From: an uncultured Gammaproteobacteria bacterium
Lineage (GTDB): Bacteria > Pseudomonadota > Gammaproteobacteria > Xanthomonadales > Rhodanobacteraceae
Assembly (NCBI GenBank): GCA_963705335.1
Contig: OY970073.1
Location: forward strand, 313,919-337,918
DNA: 24,000 bases
Reading direction: 5' to 3'
Position numbers and translations under genes: made by a program. Shown one piece after another: positions 10,578 to 19,628 of this stretch. How positions within the stretch are numbered: the first letter of the stretch is position 1; each line of letters opens with the position of its first letter. Below the pieces are notes generated by a model. It saw nothing but the letters and a program-made list of their open reading frames with translations. It did no database searches and was not told the origin of the DNA.

Positions 10578-11919
10578 TCAAGGCGCCCCGGTCGGTGGCG
10601 CCGCCGCTGCCGGCGCGGCCGCACCCGGCAGCCGGATCTCGACATACGCTTCGCTGCGGATCTGGCGCAGGAAGCTCTCGTACTCGTCCTCGGCCTTGCG
10701 CTGGAACACCATGTTCTTGGCCTGGTCGCGCTGCAGGTCGCTGGTCTTGTCGGTGCTGCGCGTATCCTCGAGCTGCATCACGTGCCAGCCGGCGTCGGTC
10801 TGGAACGGCTGCGAGATTTCGCCGTTCTTCATGGTCTTTATGACATCGGCGACGCGCGTGCCGTAGGCGTCGCCGGAGAACCAGCCGAGATCGCCGCCCA
10901 GGCGCGCGGTCGCGGTGTCCTGCGAGAGATCCTTGGCCGACCTTGGCGAAATCCTCGCCGCCGACCACGCGCTGGCGCGCCGCCGCGGCTTCCTTCTGGG
11001 CCTGCTCGCTGCTGACGAGCTCGGTGATCTTGAACAGGATATGGCGCGCGTGATACTCGGTGACGAGCTGCGTGCCGGCGGTGTCGCGCTTGCCGAGCAG
11101 CTTGATGATGTGGAAGCCGTTCGGGCCGCGCATCGGCGCCGAAACCTGGCCATCGGCTGCATGTGATCGGCGGCCTCGGTGAACGCCTGCGGCATCTCGT
11201 CGGCATTGCGCCAGCCGAGATCGCCGCCGTCGAGCGCGTTCGGCGCATCGGAGTAGCGGATCGCCGCCGCCGCGAAATCCATGCCGCCGTCGATCTGCTG
11301 CTTGGTCTCGTCGGCCTTCTTGTGCGCGGCTTCGACCTGGTCCGGCGTCGCGCCGTCCGGCAGCGCGATCAGGATGTAGCCGAGATGCAGCTGGCCGTGA
11401 TGCAGCGCGCCGTTCTTGAGCAGCGTATCGATTTCGGCGTCGCTGACCTGCACGCGGCTCTGCACGACGCGCTGGCGCAGGCGCTGCACGACGAGCTCGT
11501 CGCGCACGTTGCGGCGGAACTGCTCGTAGTCCATGCCCTGCGCCTGGATCGCCCCGCGCAGCTGGCGTCACATCCATCTTGTTCTGCGCGGCGAGGCCGG
11601 TCAGCGCCTGATCGACATCGGCGTCGGAAACCTTGACGCCGCTCGAATCGGCACGCGTGATCTGCAGCTTCTGCAGGATCAGGCGCTCGAGCACCTGATG
11701 CTCGAGCACGTCGCGCGGCGGCAGCTGCTGCGGGCTCGATGCGTACTGCGAGACGACGCGGTTGACCTGGCGGTCGAGCTCGCTCTGCAGCACGACGTCC
11801 TCGTCGACCACCGCGACGATGCGATCGAGCGGCTCGCCGGGCATGGCCTGCGCATGGACCGCGCGATCCGGCGCGAACGCGGCGGCGGCAAAGGCGAGGG
11901 CAAGGATCAGATTCTTCAT
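10578..11919 (-). CDS. surA: Periplasmic chaperone / peptidyl-prolyl isomerase SurA; 3 frame breaks
   Basis: ATG 11919. Reconstructed protein: MKNLILALAFAAAAFAPDRAVHA|QAMPGEPLDRIVAVVDEDVVLQSELDRQV...VLERLILQKLQITRADSSGVKVSDADVDQALTGLAAQNKM / ...GMDYEQFRRNVRDELVVQRLRQRVV...LGYILIALPDGATPDQVEAAHKKAD...GGDLGWRNADEMPQAFTEAADHMQP / DGQVSAPMRGPNGFHIIKLLGKRD...YHARHILFKITELVSSEQAQKEA...GGEDFAKV / AKDLSQDTATARLGGDLGWFSGDAYGTRVADVIKTMKNGEISQPFQTDAGWHVMQLEDTR...SEAYVEIRL...*. It has a signal peptide, the SurA N-domain and two parvulin domains. Frame changes near 11560, 11140 and 10945. Confidence 0.9.
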
Positions 11920-12067
11920 GGGGATTCCGGACCGGTTTCGATGTCGCGCCGTGGCGCGTTCAGGGCAATAGTTTCGCAGAGTCGGCAGCGCGCTCGCGCA
12001 ACGCGCCGGTTAAGCGCGGACAGGACGCCGGCGCCTGCCTGCGCGACCTCTGCGAAGCGCCGCCAAG

Positions 12068-14410
12068 TCATTGATAGCCAAGGATACCACGGCGCAGGAA
12101 GTCGTCCGTCTTCTGGCCGAGCGAGCCGATGCCCTTGAACTCGATCTCGAAATAGACCGCGTTGTCGGCGTCGCCCTCGGCATCGTGGATCCAGTGCCGG
12201 GCGATCACGCGCCAGGTCACGCAGCAGGTGTCGTGCTCGAAGCCGATGAAGCGTTCGAGCGTGCGTCCCTCGGTGCCGTGCGGATCGGTCGGCAGCGCCA
12301 GCGGATTGTTCAGCGCGTAGTTCCAGCGCGCGATCATGCGCCACGTCGGCGTGATCGGTACCAGCGCGGATACATCCGACCTGCTCGAGGAAATCGCGCC
12401 GGTAGCGGTACGAAAGATTGAGAAGGCCGCCGCTGCCGAAACGGTTCTGCAGCGTGACGGCCGAGAGATCGGTCTGCTCCGTGTTCGGATTCCACTGCTG
12501 GTCGATCGTGAAGCGCCAGCGGTCGTTGATGTGCAGGTCGATCTCGCCGGCGTAGGTCGATCCGTGATAGTCGGTCGGCGCGACGCCCGGAAGCTGCACG
12601 CGCTGATCGTCGAAGTAGCGGATCTCGCCGATGCTCGCCGACACGCGCTCGTCGCCGGTGGCGTCCTCGAGCATGCGCGTCGTCAGCGCGAGCGAGAGGT
12701 TGTTCGCGTTCATCTGGCGGTCCGCGCCGACGAAGCCGTTGGTGCGGAACAGCTCGCCGAAGCTGAAGGGAATCGATTGCGTGTCGAAGACCGGCAGCTC
12801 GTTCTGATTGCGGTACGGCACGTACAGGTAATACGCGCGCGGCTCCAGCGTCTGCGTCCATGCCGAGTCGCGGAAGGTGAGGCCGCGCTCGAAGATGAGG
12901 CCGGTGTCGAGGCTGAAGATCGGCACGCCGCGATCCGGGTTGTTCTCGGTGAGCAGGTGGTTCGTCGAATAGTTGAGATGATCGAGGCTGTACGTCGTGT
13001 AGCGGTAGCCGAGCTGCGGACGCACGAAGTACGCCGACGTCTCGATCGGGTACGCAAGATACGGGAACACGTCGAAGCGCTGTCCTTCGACCGCGTGATC
13101 CTTCGCGAACGCGATGAACTCCGTGTTGACGCCCCCGGTGAAATTGCCGAGCAACTCGTGCTCGCCGGAGAACGTTATGCGCGGCAGGCGGTGATACGGC
13201 TCGTACTGCTCGGCGATCGTCGGATCGGTGATCTGGTAGACGTCGCCGCCGAAGCTCGCGTTCCACCAGTCGCCGTGGCCGTAGAGATACGCGTTCGACG
13301 GCAGGAAGCTGATCGCCGAGATATACAGCCCGCGGCCGAAGTCCTCGAAGTAGCGCTCGTCCGATACGCGGTTGATGTTGACGCTCGCGCTCAAGTTCGG
13401 CGAGAACGCGGTCGTGTCGGTCCACTTGTACCACCAGCGCGTGTTCGGCAGCGTTTCGTCGAACTCCGCGTTTTCGTCCGGCGACCTTGCGGTCGTCCGG
13501 CAGCAGCTCGAAGTTGAATACGCCGCTGCTCGAATCGAGCAGGTAGCGGAACTCGCCGCCGAGCATCAGACCGCGCTCGGTCATCAGGCGCGGAATCAGC
13601 GTCGCGTCGTAGTTCGGCGCGAGGTTGAAGTAGTACGGCAGCGAGATGTCGACGCCGCGCGTGTTGCTGTAGCCGACGTCGGGATAGAGGAAACCCGATT
13701 CGCGCCGGTCGTCCGAGGGGAAACTCGCATACGGCAGCCAGAACACCGGCACGTCGTGCACGCGGAAGGTCACGTCGTGGCCGGAGCCGACGCCGGCGTC
13801 CTGGTCGAGCTTCATGTCCTTGGCGCGGATCGACCACTGCTGGTCGGAAAGATCGCAGGTGCTGTACGTCGACGTGGTCAGGTTCGCGTGCGTCTTGTCC
13901 TGCATGACGACCTTGTCGGCGCTGCCGTTGCCGCGCGAGCTCAGCAGCTGAAAGCGCACGTTGCCGTCCAGCGTGCACTGGTCGATGTCGGCGTTGCCCG
14001 TGGCGCTGTCCGCGGCCATCACCATGCTGCGATCCTGATAGCGCACGTGGCCCTGGGCGTCGTAGTCGGTGGTCTCGGCGTCGTAGCGGATCGTGTCGGC
14101 GCGCAGCAGCTGGTCGAAGCGGGTGAATTCGGCTTCGCCCTCGAAGAGATAGTGCTTGGCGTCGGTGCTGCTGACCGCGGTTGGCGTCCGCGTTGGCCGG
14201 GACTTCGGAACGGTCGCCCTCGGTCGGCAGACCCGAGACATAGATGTCGAGCAGGTCGCCCTTCTTGCACATCGCCCAGTCGACCGGCTTCTTCGGGCAC
14301 TTGATCATGCCGAGCGGGCAGCGCGCCGGCGACGGATCGTCCGCCTGCGCGACGCCGCACGCCAAGAGGAGGCAGAGCGCCGCAACGAGGCGGCGCACAG
14401 GACGAGGCAT
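12068..14410 (-). CDS. lptD: LPS-assembly outer-membrane protein LptD; 3 frame breaks
   Basis: ATG 14410 (a GTG at 14419 is also possible). Reconstructed protein: MPRPVRRLVAALCLLLACGVAQA|DDPSPARCPLGMIKCPKKPVDWAMC...PANADA / AVSSTDAKHYLFEGEAEFTRFDQLLRADTIRYDAETTDYDAQGHVRYQD...WSIRAKDMKLDQDAGVGSGHDVTFRVHDVPVFWLPYASFPSDDRRESGFLYPDVGYSNTRGVDISLPYYFNLAPNYDATLIPRLMTERGLMLGGEFRYL...ELLPDDRKV / ENAEFDETLPNTRWWYKWTDT...SASVNINRVSDERYFEDFG...LEPRAYYLYVPYRNQNELPVFDT...LSYRYRRDFLEQV / ...TPTWRMIARWNYALNN...FIGFEHDTCCVTWRVIARHW...AVYFEIEFKGIGSLGQK...GILGYQ*. The pieces are in track ORFs 13391..14419, 12334..14241, 11916..13394 and 12068..12337 (all -). Confidence 0.9.
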
Positions 14411-14505
14411 CTTGGGCACGGAAACCGTTTCGTCGGGACGCGAGGGTCGCTAGCTTGCCGGAAACTTCGGCCCGGCGGCAAACCTGAAGGCACGCAGGCG
14501 CCGCT

Positions 14506-15561
14506 TCAGCGCCGCTCGCGCTCGCTTGCCCCGCCCATGCCAAGATCCATCGGCTTGTAGCCGGCCGGCACCTCGAAGCGCGATTCGGCGATCGGCGCGT
14601 GCTCGATCGCCAGCGTCGCGCGACCGTTCTCGTGTCCGCCCGCGTAGCAGACGCGGCGCACCAGCACGCGGTCGTCCTTCGGCGCCTGCATGCCTTCCGG
14701 GGCGAGGCTGTGGCTCCATTCGAGTATCGCCTTGCTGAATCGCGCGAGCCGGCGCGTCTCGACTTCGTCCAGATGCAGCGTCGCCGTCGTCGCGTAGCAG
14801 TCCTCGCGCAGCATCTCGTCGCCGCGCAGATGCTCGCGGCGCATGCAGGTGATGCCGCCGACGTCGATCTCGCCGGCATCGCGGTCGATGCGCGGCGGCG
14901 CGGCGGGCGGCGGCGCCTTCGAGCCGGCGACCGGCATTCCGGCGCCGCCGTTGGCCATCATCTGCTGCACCTGCGCGCGCTGGTCGGCCGGCATGTGCGC
15001 GAGCTGCTGCTCCAGCATCTTCTGCATCATTTCCTGCGTGCCCGCGTCGAGCTGCATGCCGCCGCCGGCCTTCATCGCCTCGGCCATCTGCTGGCTCGTC
15101 ATCGGCTTGCCGTCCGCGCCGGTCGTTGCGCCGCCGATCGTCATGCCGTTGCCGCAATCGATGCCTTCGTCCGGCTGGCGGTCGCGGCTGCCCGCGCCGG
15201 CACCCGGACACAGCGATTTCACCATCTCGAACGGATCGACGCCGGATTCGTGGCGCATCTTCGTGCGCAGGCTCTTCATGATGTCGGCCTGCAGATCGAC
15301 CGCGTCCTCGTCCATCTCGGTCTGCATGAAGCTGTGCGTGCGATGGTCGATGAAATACGCGAGCTTCTCGCCGTGATCGTAGATCATCGTGCTGCCGTTC
15401 TCGCCGCCGGCGTCGACGCGCAGGAACAGCGACTTCAGCTGCACGCGGTCGAAGTCGCCGGCGCAGCCGCCTTCGCTCTTGTACTGCAGCGTGTCGTCGG
15501 CGAGCGCGCCGCCCGAGGCGAGGAGGGCGGCGGCGATGGCCGCGCATTTCATCCGGACCAT
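14506..15561 (-). CDS. Secreted protein of unknown function with a central Met/Gln-rich segment (possibly DUF4412-like); intact
   Basis: Uninterrupted ORF (track 14506..15588). The start is taken at ATG 15561 because GAGGAG lies 7 nt upstream. The gap to the upstream CsgG-like stop is only 10 nt, which implies an operon. Signal peptide MVRMKCAAIAAALLASGGALA|DD. The N-terminal beta-looking part is LFLRVDAGGENGSTMIYDHGEKLAYFIDHRTHSFMQTEM, followed by a Met/Gln-rich middle and a Pro linker SKAPPPAAPP. The C-terminal part ends RFEVPAGYKPMDLG. The DUF4412 resemblance is from memory only. Confidence 0.6.
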   Translation of the reverse strand: MVRMKCAAIAAALLASGGALADDTLQYKSEGGCAGDFDRVQLKSLFLRVDAGGENGSTMIYDHGEKLAYFIDHRTHSFMQTEMDEDAVDLQADIMKSLRTKMRHESGVDPFEMVKSLCPGAGAGSRDRQPDEGIDCGNGMTIGGATTGADGKPMTSQQMAEAMKAGGGMQLDAGTQEMMQKMLEQQLAHMPADQRAQVQQMMANGGAGMPVAGSKAPPPAAPPRIDRDAGEIDVGGITCMRREHLRGDEMLREDCYATTATLHLDEVETRRLARFSKAILEWSHSLAPEGMQAPKDDRVLVRRVCYAGGHENGRATLAIEHAPIAESRFEVPAGYKPMDLGMGGASERERR

Positions 15562-15571
15562 CGCGTGCTCC

Positions 15572-16312
15572 TCATTTGCGCGGCGCATCGGTCTTGAACG
15601 TCTTGCGCGTCGTGTCGCGGCGCTGCGATTCCTTGCTGGCGAATTCGGCGACGCAGCCGTCGCGGCGCACCATCACGCATTCGAGATAGTCGATGATCTC
15701 GAGCACGGCGCCACGCACGGCCTGCGCATCGGCTTCGTTCTCGATCATCTTGAGGCCGGCGTCGCGCGAGTTCAGATCGACCTTCGTTTCGCGATCGGTC
15801 GTATGGCCCTCGACGGTGCGCGCATAGCTGACCTCGCCGCTGCTCGTGTCGACGACGCGAAGATCGACCGCAAGATACGAGCCGTGGTTGGTCTGCTCGA
15901 CGCGCGGCCCGCGAAAGAGGCCGCCGCCGCTGACCTTGGTCTCGGTATCCGGCTCGAACGCGGTCACCGTGCCCATGACGAGATACTGCGCGCCGGTCAG
16001 CTGCCCGATGCGGGCGCCGTCGCCGGGCTTGAGCAGACCCGATTCGGCGAGATCCTGCTCCTCGAGGATCGCACGCAGCTTGCGCCGCTCGACGACCGTG
16101 AACACGTCGCGCGCGGCGAGCTCGCTCGCGAGCATGTTGGTGACGACGCGCCCGATGCCGCCCTGGAACGGCATCGCGCCGGTTTCGTCCTGGAACTTCA
16201 GCACCGCGAGCACGGGCTTGCCGCTTTGCGCGTGCGCCTGTGCGAGCACGACGCACGCGGCGACGCCAAGGATCAAGCCGCGGAAACGTCGTGCGGAAAC
16301 TCGAAATGCCAT
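15572..16312 (-). CDS. CsgG/HfaB-family outer-membrane lipoprotein (curli-type secretion channel homologue); intact
   Basis: Uninterrupted 246-aa ORF. ATG 16312 with GGAGG 7 nt upstream. The N-terminus MAFRVSARRFRGLILGVAAC has a possible lipobox V-A-A-C; the alternative is an SPase I site AHA|QS. It is collinear with E. coli CsgG as I recall it. GKPVLAVLKFQDETG matches GKIFVSVYNIQDETG. VTNMLASELAARDVFTVVERRKLRAILEEQDL matches ATAMLVTALKDSRWFIPLERQGLQNLLNERKI. LTGAQYLVMGTVTAFEPD..GGG..YLAVDLRVVDTSSGEV matches LTAANIMVEGSIIGYESN..GGVG..QIAVNLRVVNVSTGEI. Confidence 0.8.
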   Translation of the reverse strand: MAFRVSARRFRGLILGVAACVVLAQAHAQSGKPVLAVLKFQDETGAMPFQGGIGRVVTNMLASELAARDVFTVVERRKLRAILEEQDLAESGLLKPGDGARIGQLTGAQYLVMGTVTAFEPDTETKVSGGGLFRGPRVEQTNHGSYLAVDLRVVDTSSGEVSYARTVEGHTTDRETKVDLNSRDAGLKMIENEADAQAVRGAVLEIIDYLECVMVRRDGCVAEFASKESQRRDTTRKTFKTDAPRK

Positions 16313-16613
16313 TGCGGCGCCTCCGGCCCGATGCCCGCGGGCGTCGGGCCAGGAACGATCCCCCTATCGTTGCCGCGCCAGTGTACCTCTGCGCGCCGCG
16401 CGCTACGGCAAGCCATCAGGACCATCGACGGAACGCGAACGAATGGTGCAACCGGCGCATTCGTGCGGCGCCGGCGTCGGCGGGACGCGGACAGATCTTT
16501 GCTTGTCGCGTTCATGTTGGTCTTCCATCGAAGGCACGCGGCTCCTCCCTAACCACGCAGCCTGAAGGCCCGAGCCATCACTGGCGTCAGGCCGACAGTG
16601 GCCCGCGCCGGAG

Positions 16614-16671
16614 CAAGGGACTAATCTCACCTCGCTCTTCGATGACCGGCAGGGGAGGCGGGCATCGCGTG
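16614..16671 (+). promoter_or_regulatory. Leader/promoter-like block homologous to the region upstream of the ECF sigma gene at 21065-21131
   Basis: An ungapped comparison starting at caaggg (16614 vs 21065) gives 29 identities in the first 49 positions, including caaggg, tctc, cgctct and ggggaNgcggg at identical offsets. After an 8-nt gap, catcNcg...atgggcg matches up to the ATG. No sigma70 or ECF consensus could be assigned. Confidence 0.3.
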
Positions 16672-16773
16672 ATGGGCGGACAACGCGCCAACACTGCGGC
16701 CGGAGGGCTTGTCGCCCCTCGCGTCGACTTCTGCGCATTCGACGCGCCCGGCTGTGAGCGCGCCGGCGCATGA
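16672..16773 (+). pseudogene. 33-codon ORF that looks like an internally deleted ECF sigma gene (5' and 3' ends only); its stop overlaps the kinase start
   Basis: ATGGGCGGAC.. at 16672 compares with ATGGGCGAC.. at 21132. The last ~45 nt (gacttctgcgcattcgacgcgcccggct...gcATGA) align at roughly 65-70% identity with the 3' end of the sigma gene (gatctgcgttttgcgcgcgcctggct...gcATGA). Both have the same ATGA stop/start overlap and the same 20-nt distance to the conserved ATGGAAGCGCTGTT of the kinase. Translation: MGGQRANTAAGGLVAPRVDFCAFDAPGCERAGA*. Confidence 0.4.
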
Positions 16774-19553
16774 ATACATCGCGCATCGCACGCATGGAAG
16801 CGCTGTTTCACGCTGCGCTCGAGCGGCCCGCGCTGGATCGCGAGGCATTTCTCGCGACTGAAGAACCCGATGCGGCATTGCGCGCCGCGGTCGAGCGACT
16901 TCTCGCGCATCACGACGCCGGCGATGCGCCGCTGCGCGACATGCTGGATGCGGCCATCGCCGATACCACCACGGCGTGGCCCGCGCGCGAGCGCATCGGC
17001 GCGTATCGCCTCTTGCGCGAGCTGGGCGCCGGCGGCATGGGCACGGTGTTCCTGGCCGAGCGCGATCTCGGCGGCACGCGCCAGCAGGTCGCATTGAAGC
17101 TGATCCGCGACTTTCCGACGACGCATGCGCGCGAGCGCCTCACGCGCGAGAGCACGCTGCTCGCCGAGCTGAATCATCCGAACATCGCGCGCCTGCTCGA
17201 CGCGGGTGAAACGGCCGAGCGCGTGCCGTTTCTGGCAATGGAATACGTCGAAGGCGTATCGCTCGAGGATTTCTGCACGTCGCACGATCTCGACGTGCGC
17301 GCGCGGCTTCGCCTGTTCGCCGCGCTGTGCCGCGCGGTGCAGCATGCGCACCAGCACCTGATCGTCCATCGCGACATCAAGCCGAGCAACATTCTCGTGC
17401 GCGAGGACGGCACGCCCGTGCTGCTCGATTTCGGCATCGGCAAGCTGCTCGACGAAGCAAGCCGTGACGCGACCGCGACGCGCGTGTTCACGCCAGCCTA
17501 TGCTGCGCCGGAGCAGATCGCCGGCCGCGCGGTGACGACCGCGACGGACATCTACGGTCTCGGCTGCATCCTCTTCGAGCTTCTGTGCGGGCGCGCGCTG
17601 CATGAAGTCGGCGAAACCGGGCGCATGCCGGCGCCGAGCGCGGTGACCGACGGCGCGTTGTCGCGCACGTTGCGCGGCGATCTCGACCGGCTGGTCGGCA
17701 AGGCGATGCACGAGGAGCCCGAACGACGCTACGCGTCGGTGCAGGCGCTTTCGGACGACGTCGAAAACTATCTTGCGGGACGCCCCCTGCGTGCCGTGCC
17801 GGACAGCATCGCGTATCGCACGCGCAAATTCGTCGCGCGGCATCGCTACGCCGCTATCGCCGCGACGCTCGCGGCGGTGCTGATCGGCGTGTTCGTCTGG
17901 CGCCTCGAAGCGGGAAAGCGCCGCGCGCTCGCCGCCGAAGCGCACGCACAGCGCGAAGCGCAGAGTGCGAGACGCTCGCGCGATTTCCTCGTCTCGCTGT
18001 TCGAAGCGGCAGCGCCGGACAACACGCTCGGCCACGCGCTGACCGCGCGCGAGTTGATCGACAAGGGCAGCGAGGAAGTCGCCCGTTCGCTCGGCGACGA
18101 GCCGGAAACGGCCGCGCGGCTCGGCCACACGATCGCGGGCGTCTACGCGGCGCTCGGCGATCCGAAGACGGCGCTGGCGAGCGGCGAGCGCGCGCTCGCG
18201 CTCGTGCCCGGCGACACGTCCGAGAGCGGCCTGTTGCGCGCCGACATCCTGATGACGCTCTCATCGGAGTACGGCAACACCGAGCGCATCGAGGATTCGC
18301 TGCGTGCCGGCGAGGAGGCGCTGGCACTGCGCGAGCGATTTGCGCCGGACGATCACGCGAAGATCGGCGCTGCGCTCGCCCAATGCGGCGTGTCGACGAT
18401 GCGTCAGGGCGATCTCGAACGCGCGCGCAGCTATTTCGATCGCGCGGCTGCCGAGTATGCGAAGGCGGGCAAGGTCGATCCGGCCGATCGCGCGGAAATG
18501 CTGCGCGGTGTCGCCGATCTCGACAACCGCGAAGGGCGTTTCGGCGAGAGCCTCGCGCACGCCGAACAGGCGCTCGCGTTGCTCGCGGATCTGCCGGAAG
18601 CCTCGCCGGAGCGTGTCGAAACGTGGCGCATGATCGCGCAGGCACAGACCGCGCTCGGTGATCTTGCCAACGCGACCGTGACGCTGGCCCAGGCGCTCGA
18701 GGTCGGGCGCGCCACGCTCGGCGCCGATAGCAACAAGGTCGCGAACGTCGAGAACGATCTCGCCGTCACGCTGAGCTCGCAAGGCAAGTATCGCGACGCG
18801 ATCGCGCACATGGAGACATCCATCGCGATCGTCGAGAAGATCCGGCCGGGCGCGCGCATCGCGACGGCCCTGTCGGTGATGAACCTCGGCAGCCTCTACG
18901 AAAGTCTCGGCGACTATGCGAAATCCGAAACGCTGATGCGCGGCGCGATCGCGACGATCGAGGCCGATTCGCCGGAAGAACCGCAGCTCGATTCCTACCG
19001 CGGCAATTTCGCACGCACGCTGATGCTGCGCGGCGACCTCGCCGGCGCGCGCGCACTGATCGAGCGCGCGCTCGCGAGCATCGCTGCGCGCGAAGGCGAG
19101 GACAGCTTCGCGTATGCGTTGCAGGATTTCCGTCTGGCGCGCATCGAGCTCGCTGGCGGCAACGTCGAGGCGGCGCGCCAGGATCTGGATGACGCTTACA
19201 AGACGTTCGATCCGCTGCTGCCGCCCGAGCACGGGCTGCGCGTGCAGGTGACCGTCATGCGCGCCTTGATCGCGAAGGCGCAGGGCGATCTGCCGGCCGC
19301 GCAGCATTTGCTGGAAATCGCCGAAGCCGCGCAGGACCATCTGGGCGGAGCCGATCCGATCAATCTTGCGATCATCCGCGTGCGTCTGGCCGCCGTGCTG
19401 GCGGCGCGCGGCGATCTCGTCGGGGCAAGACACAAGCTCGATGCGTCGCGAGCGCTGCTCGAAAGCGCGCTGCTGCCCGAGGCCGTCGAGCGCGTCGAGT
19501 CCGACGCGGTCGAGGCCGATCTCGAAAAGCGCGAGCGCATTGCCGGGCGTTGA
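16770..19553 (+). CDS. Membrane Ser/Thr protein kinase (Hanks type) with ~70-aa N-terminal extension, one TM helix and ~540-aa extracytoplasmic TPR-like domain; intact (927 aa)
   Basis: Track ORF 16770..19553. Kinase motifs: GAGGMGTVFLAE (G-loop), VALKLI (Lys), HRDIKPSNILV (catalytic loop), DFGIGK, YAAPEQ. N-terminal extension: MEALFHAALERPALDREAFLATEEPDAALRAAVERLLAHH. TM helix: YAAIAATLAAVLIGVFVW. The C-terminal half has about 9 recurring xGDxxxAxxxxxxAL helical-repeat units, for example LGDPKTALASGERALAL, QGDLERARSYFDRAAAEY, QGKYRDAIAHMETSIAI, LGDYAKSETLMRGAIAT, RGDLVGARHKLDASRAL. Confidence 0.9.
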   Translation: MNTSRIARMEALFHAALERPALDREAFLATEEPDAALRAAVERLLAHHDAGDAPLRDMLDAAIADTTTAWPARERIGAYRLLRELGAGGMGTVFLAERDLGGTRQQVALKLIRDFPTTHARERLTRESTLLAELNHPNIARLLDAGETAERVPFLAMEYVEGVSLEDFCTSHDLDVRARLRLFAALCRAVQHAHQHLIVHRDIKPSNILVREDGTPVLLDFGIGKLLDEASRDATATRVFTPAYAAPEQIAGRAVTTATDIYGLGCILFELLCGRALHEVGETGRMPAPSAVTDGALSRTLRGDLDRLVGKAMHEEPERRYASVQALSDDVENYLAGRPLRAVPDSIAYRTRKFVARHRYAAIAATLAAVLIGVFVWRLEAGKRRALAAEAHAQREAQSARRSRDFLVSLFEAAAPDNTLGHALTARELIDKGSEEVARSLGDEPETAARLGHTIAGVYAALGDPKTALASGERALALVPGDTSESGLLRADILMTLSSEYGNTERIEDSLRAGEEALALRERFAPDDHAKIGAALAQCGVSTMRQGDLERARSYFDRAAAEYAKAGKVDPADRAEMLRGVADLDNREGRFGESLAHAEQALALLADLPEASPERVETWRMIAQAQTALGDLANATVTLAQALEVGRATLGADSNKVANVENDLAVTLSSQGKYRDAIAHMETSIAIVEKIRPGARIATALSVMNLGSLYESLGDYAKSETLMRGAIATIEADSPEEPQLDSYRGNFARTLMLRGDLAGARALIERALASIAAREGEDSFAYALQDFRLARIELAGGNVEAARQDLDDAYKTFDPLLPPEHGLRVQVTVMRALIAKAQGDLPAAQHLLEIAEAAQDHLGGADPINLAIIRVRLAAVLAARGDLVGARHKLDASRALLESALLPEAVERVESDAVEADLEKRERIAGR

Positions 19554-19583
19554 CACACGGGCGTCGCGAAACCGCAGAGCGCA

Positions 19584-19607
19584 TCGTCCCGGCTTGCGCC
19601 GGGACGA
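19584..19607. terminator. GC-rich hairpin between convergent kinase and delta-60 repeat genes
   Basis: tcgtcccggc-ttgc-gccgggacga: a 10-bp perfect stem with a 4-nt loop. It lies 31 nt after the kinase stop (19551-19553) and 22 nt after the inferred stop of the minus-strand gene (19629-19631). There is no clear U-tract on the + strand and a weak one (gcggtttcg) on the - strand. Confidence 0.5.
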
Positions 19608-19628
19608 CGGAAGGGAAATCTGACTCGT

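Noticed and set aside
14484-14509. Hairpin ctgaag...cttcag after the Met-rich protein gene as a terminator separating it from lptD
   Set aside because: The stem is only 6 bp with a 14-nt loop, one arm overlaps the stop codon, and there is no U-tract. This is too weak to call.
16388-16432. A third copy of the sigma-leader block (ctacgg ... ggaccatc) upstream of the CsgG-like gene, as a shared sigma-dependent promoter
   Set aside because: It rests on one 6-mer and one 8-mer with different spacing (10 vs 13 nt). My rough estimate is that about two chance 8-mer matches are expected between regions of this size and composition.
16240-16773. 177-aa plus-strand ORF as a real protein upstream of kinase 1
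   Set aside because: Its first ~140 codons are Arg-rich and overlap the CsgG-like gene start and its RBS on the other strand. Only the last 33 codons show similarity to the sigma gene, and these are reported separately as a remnant.
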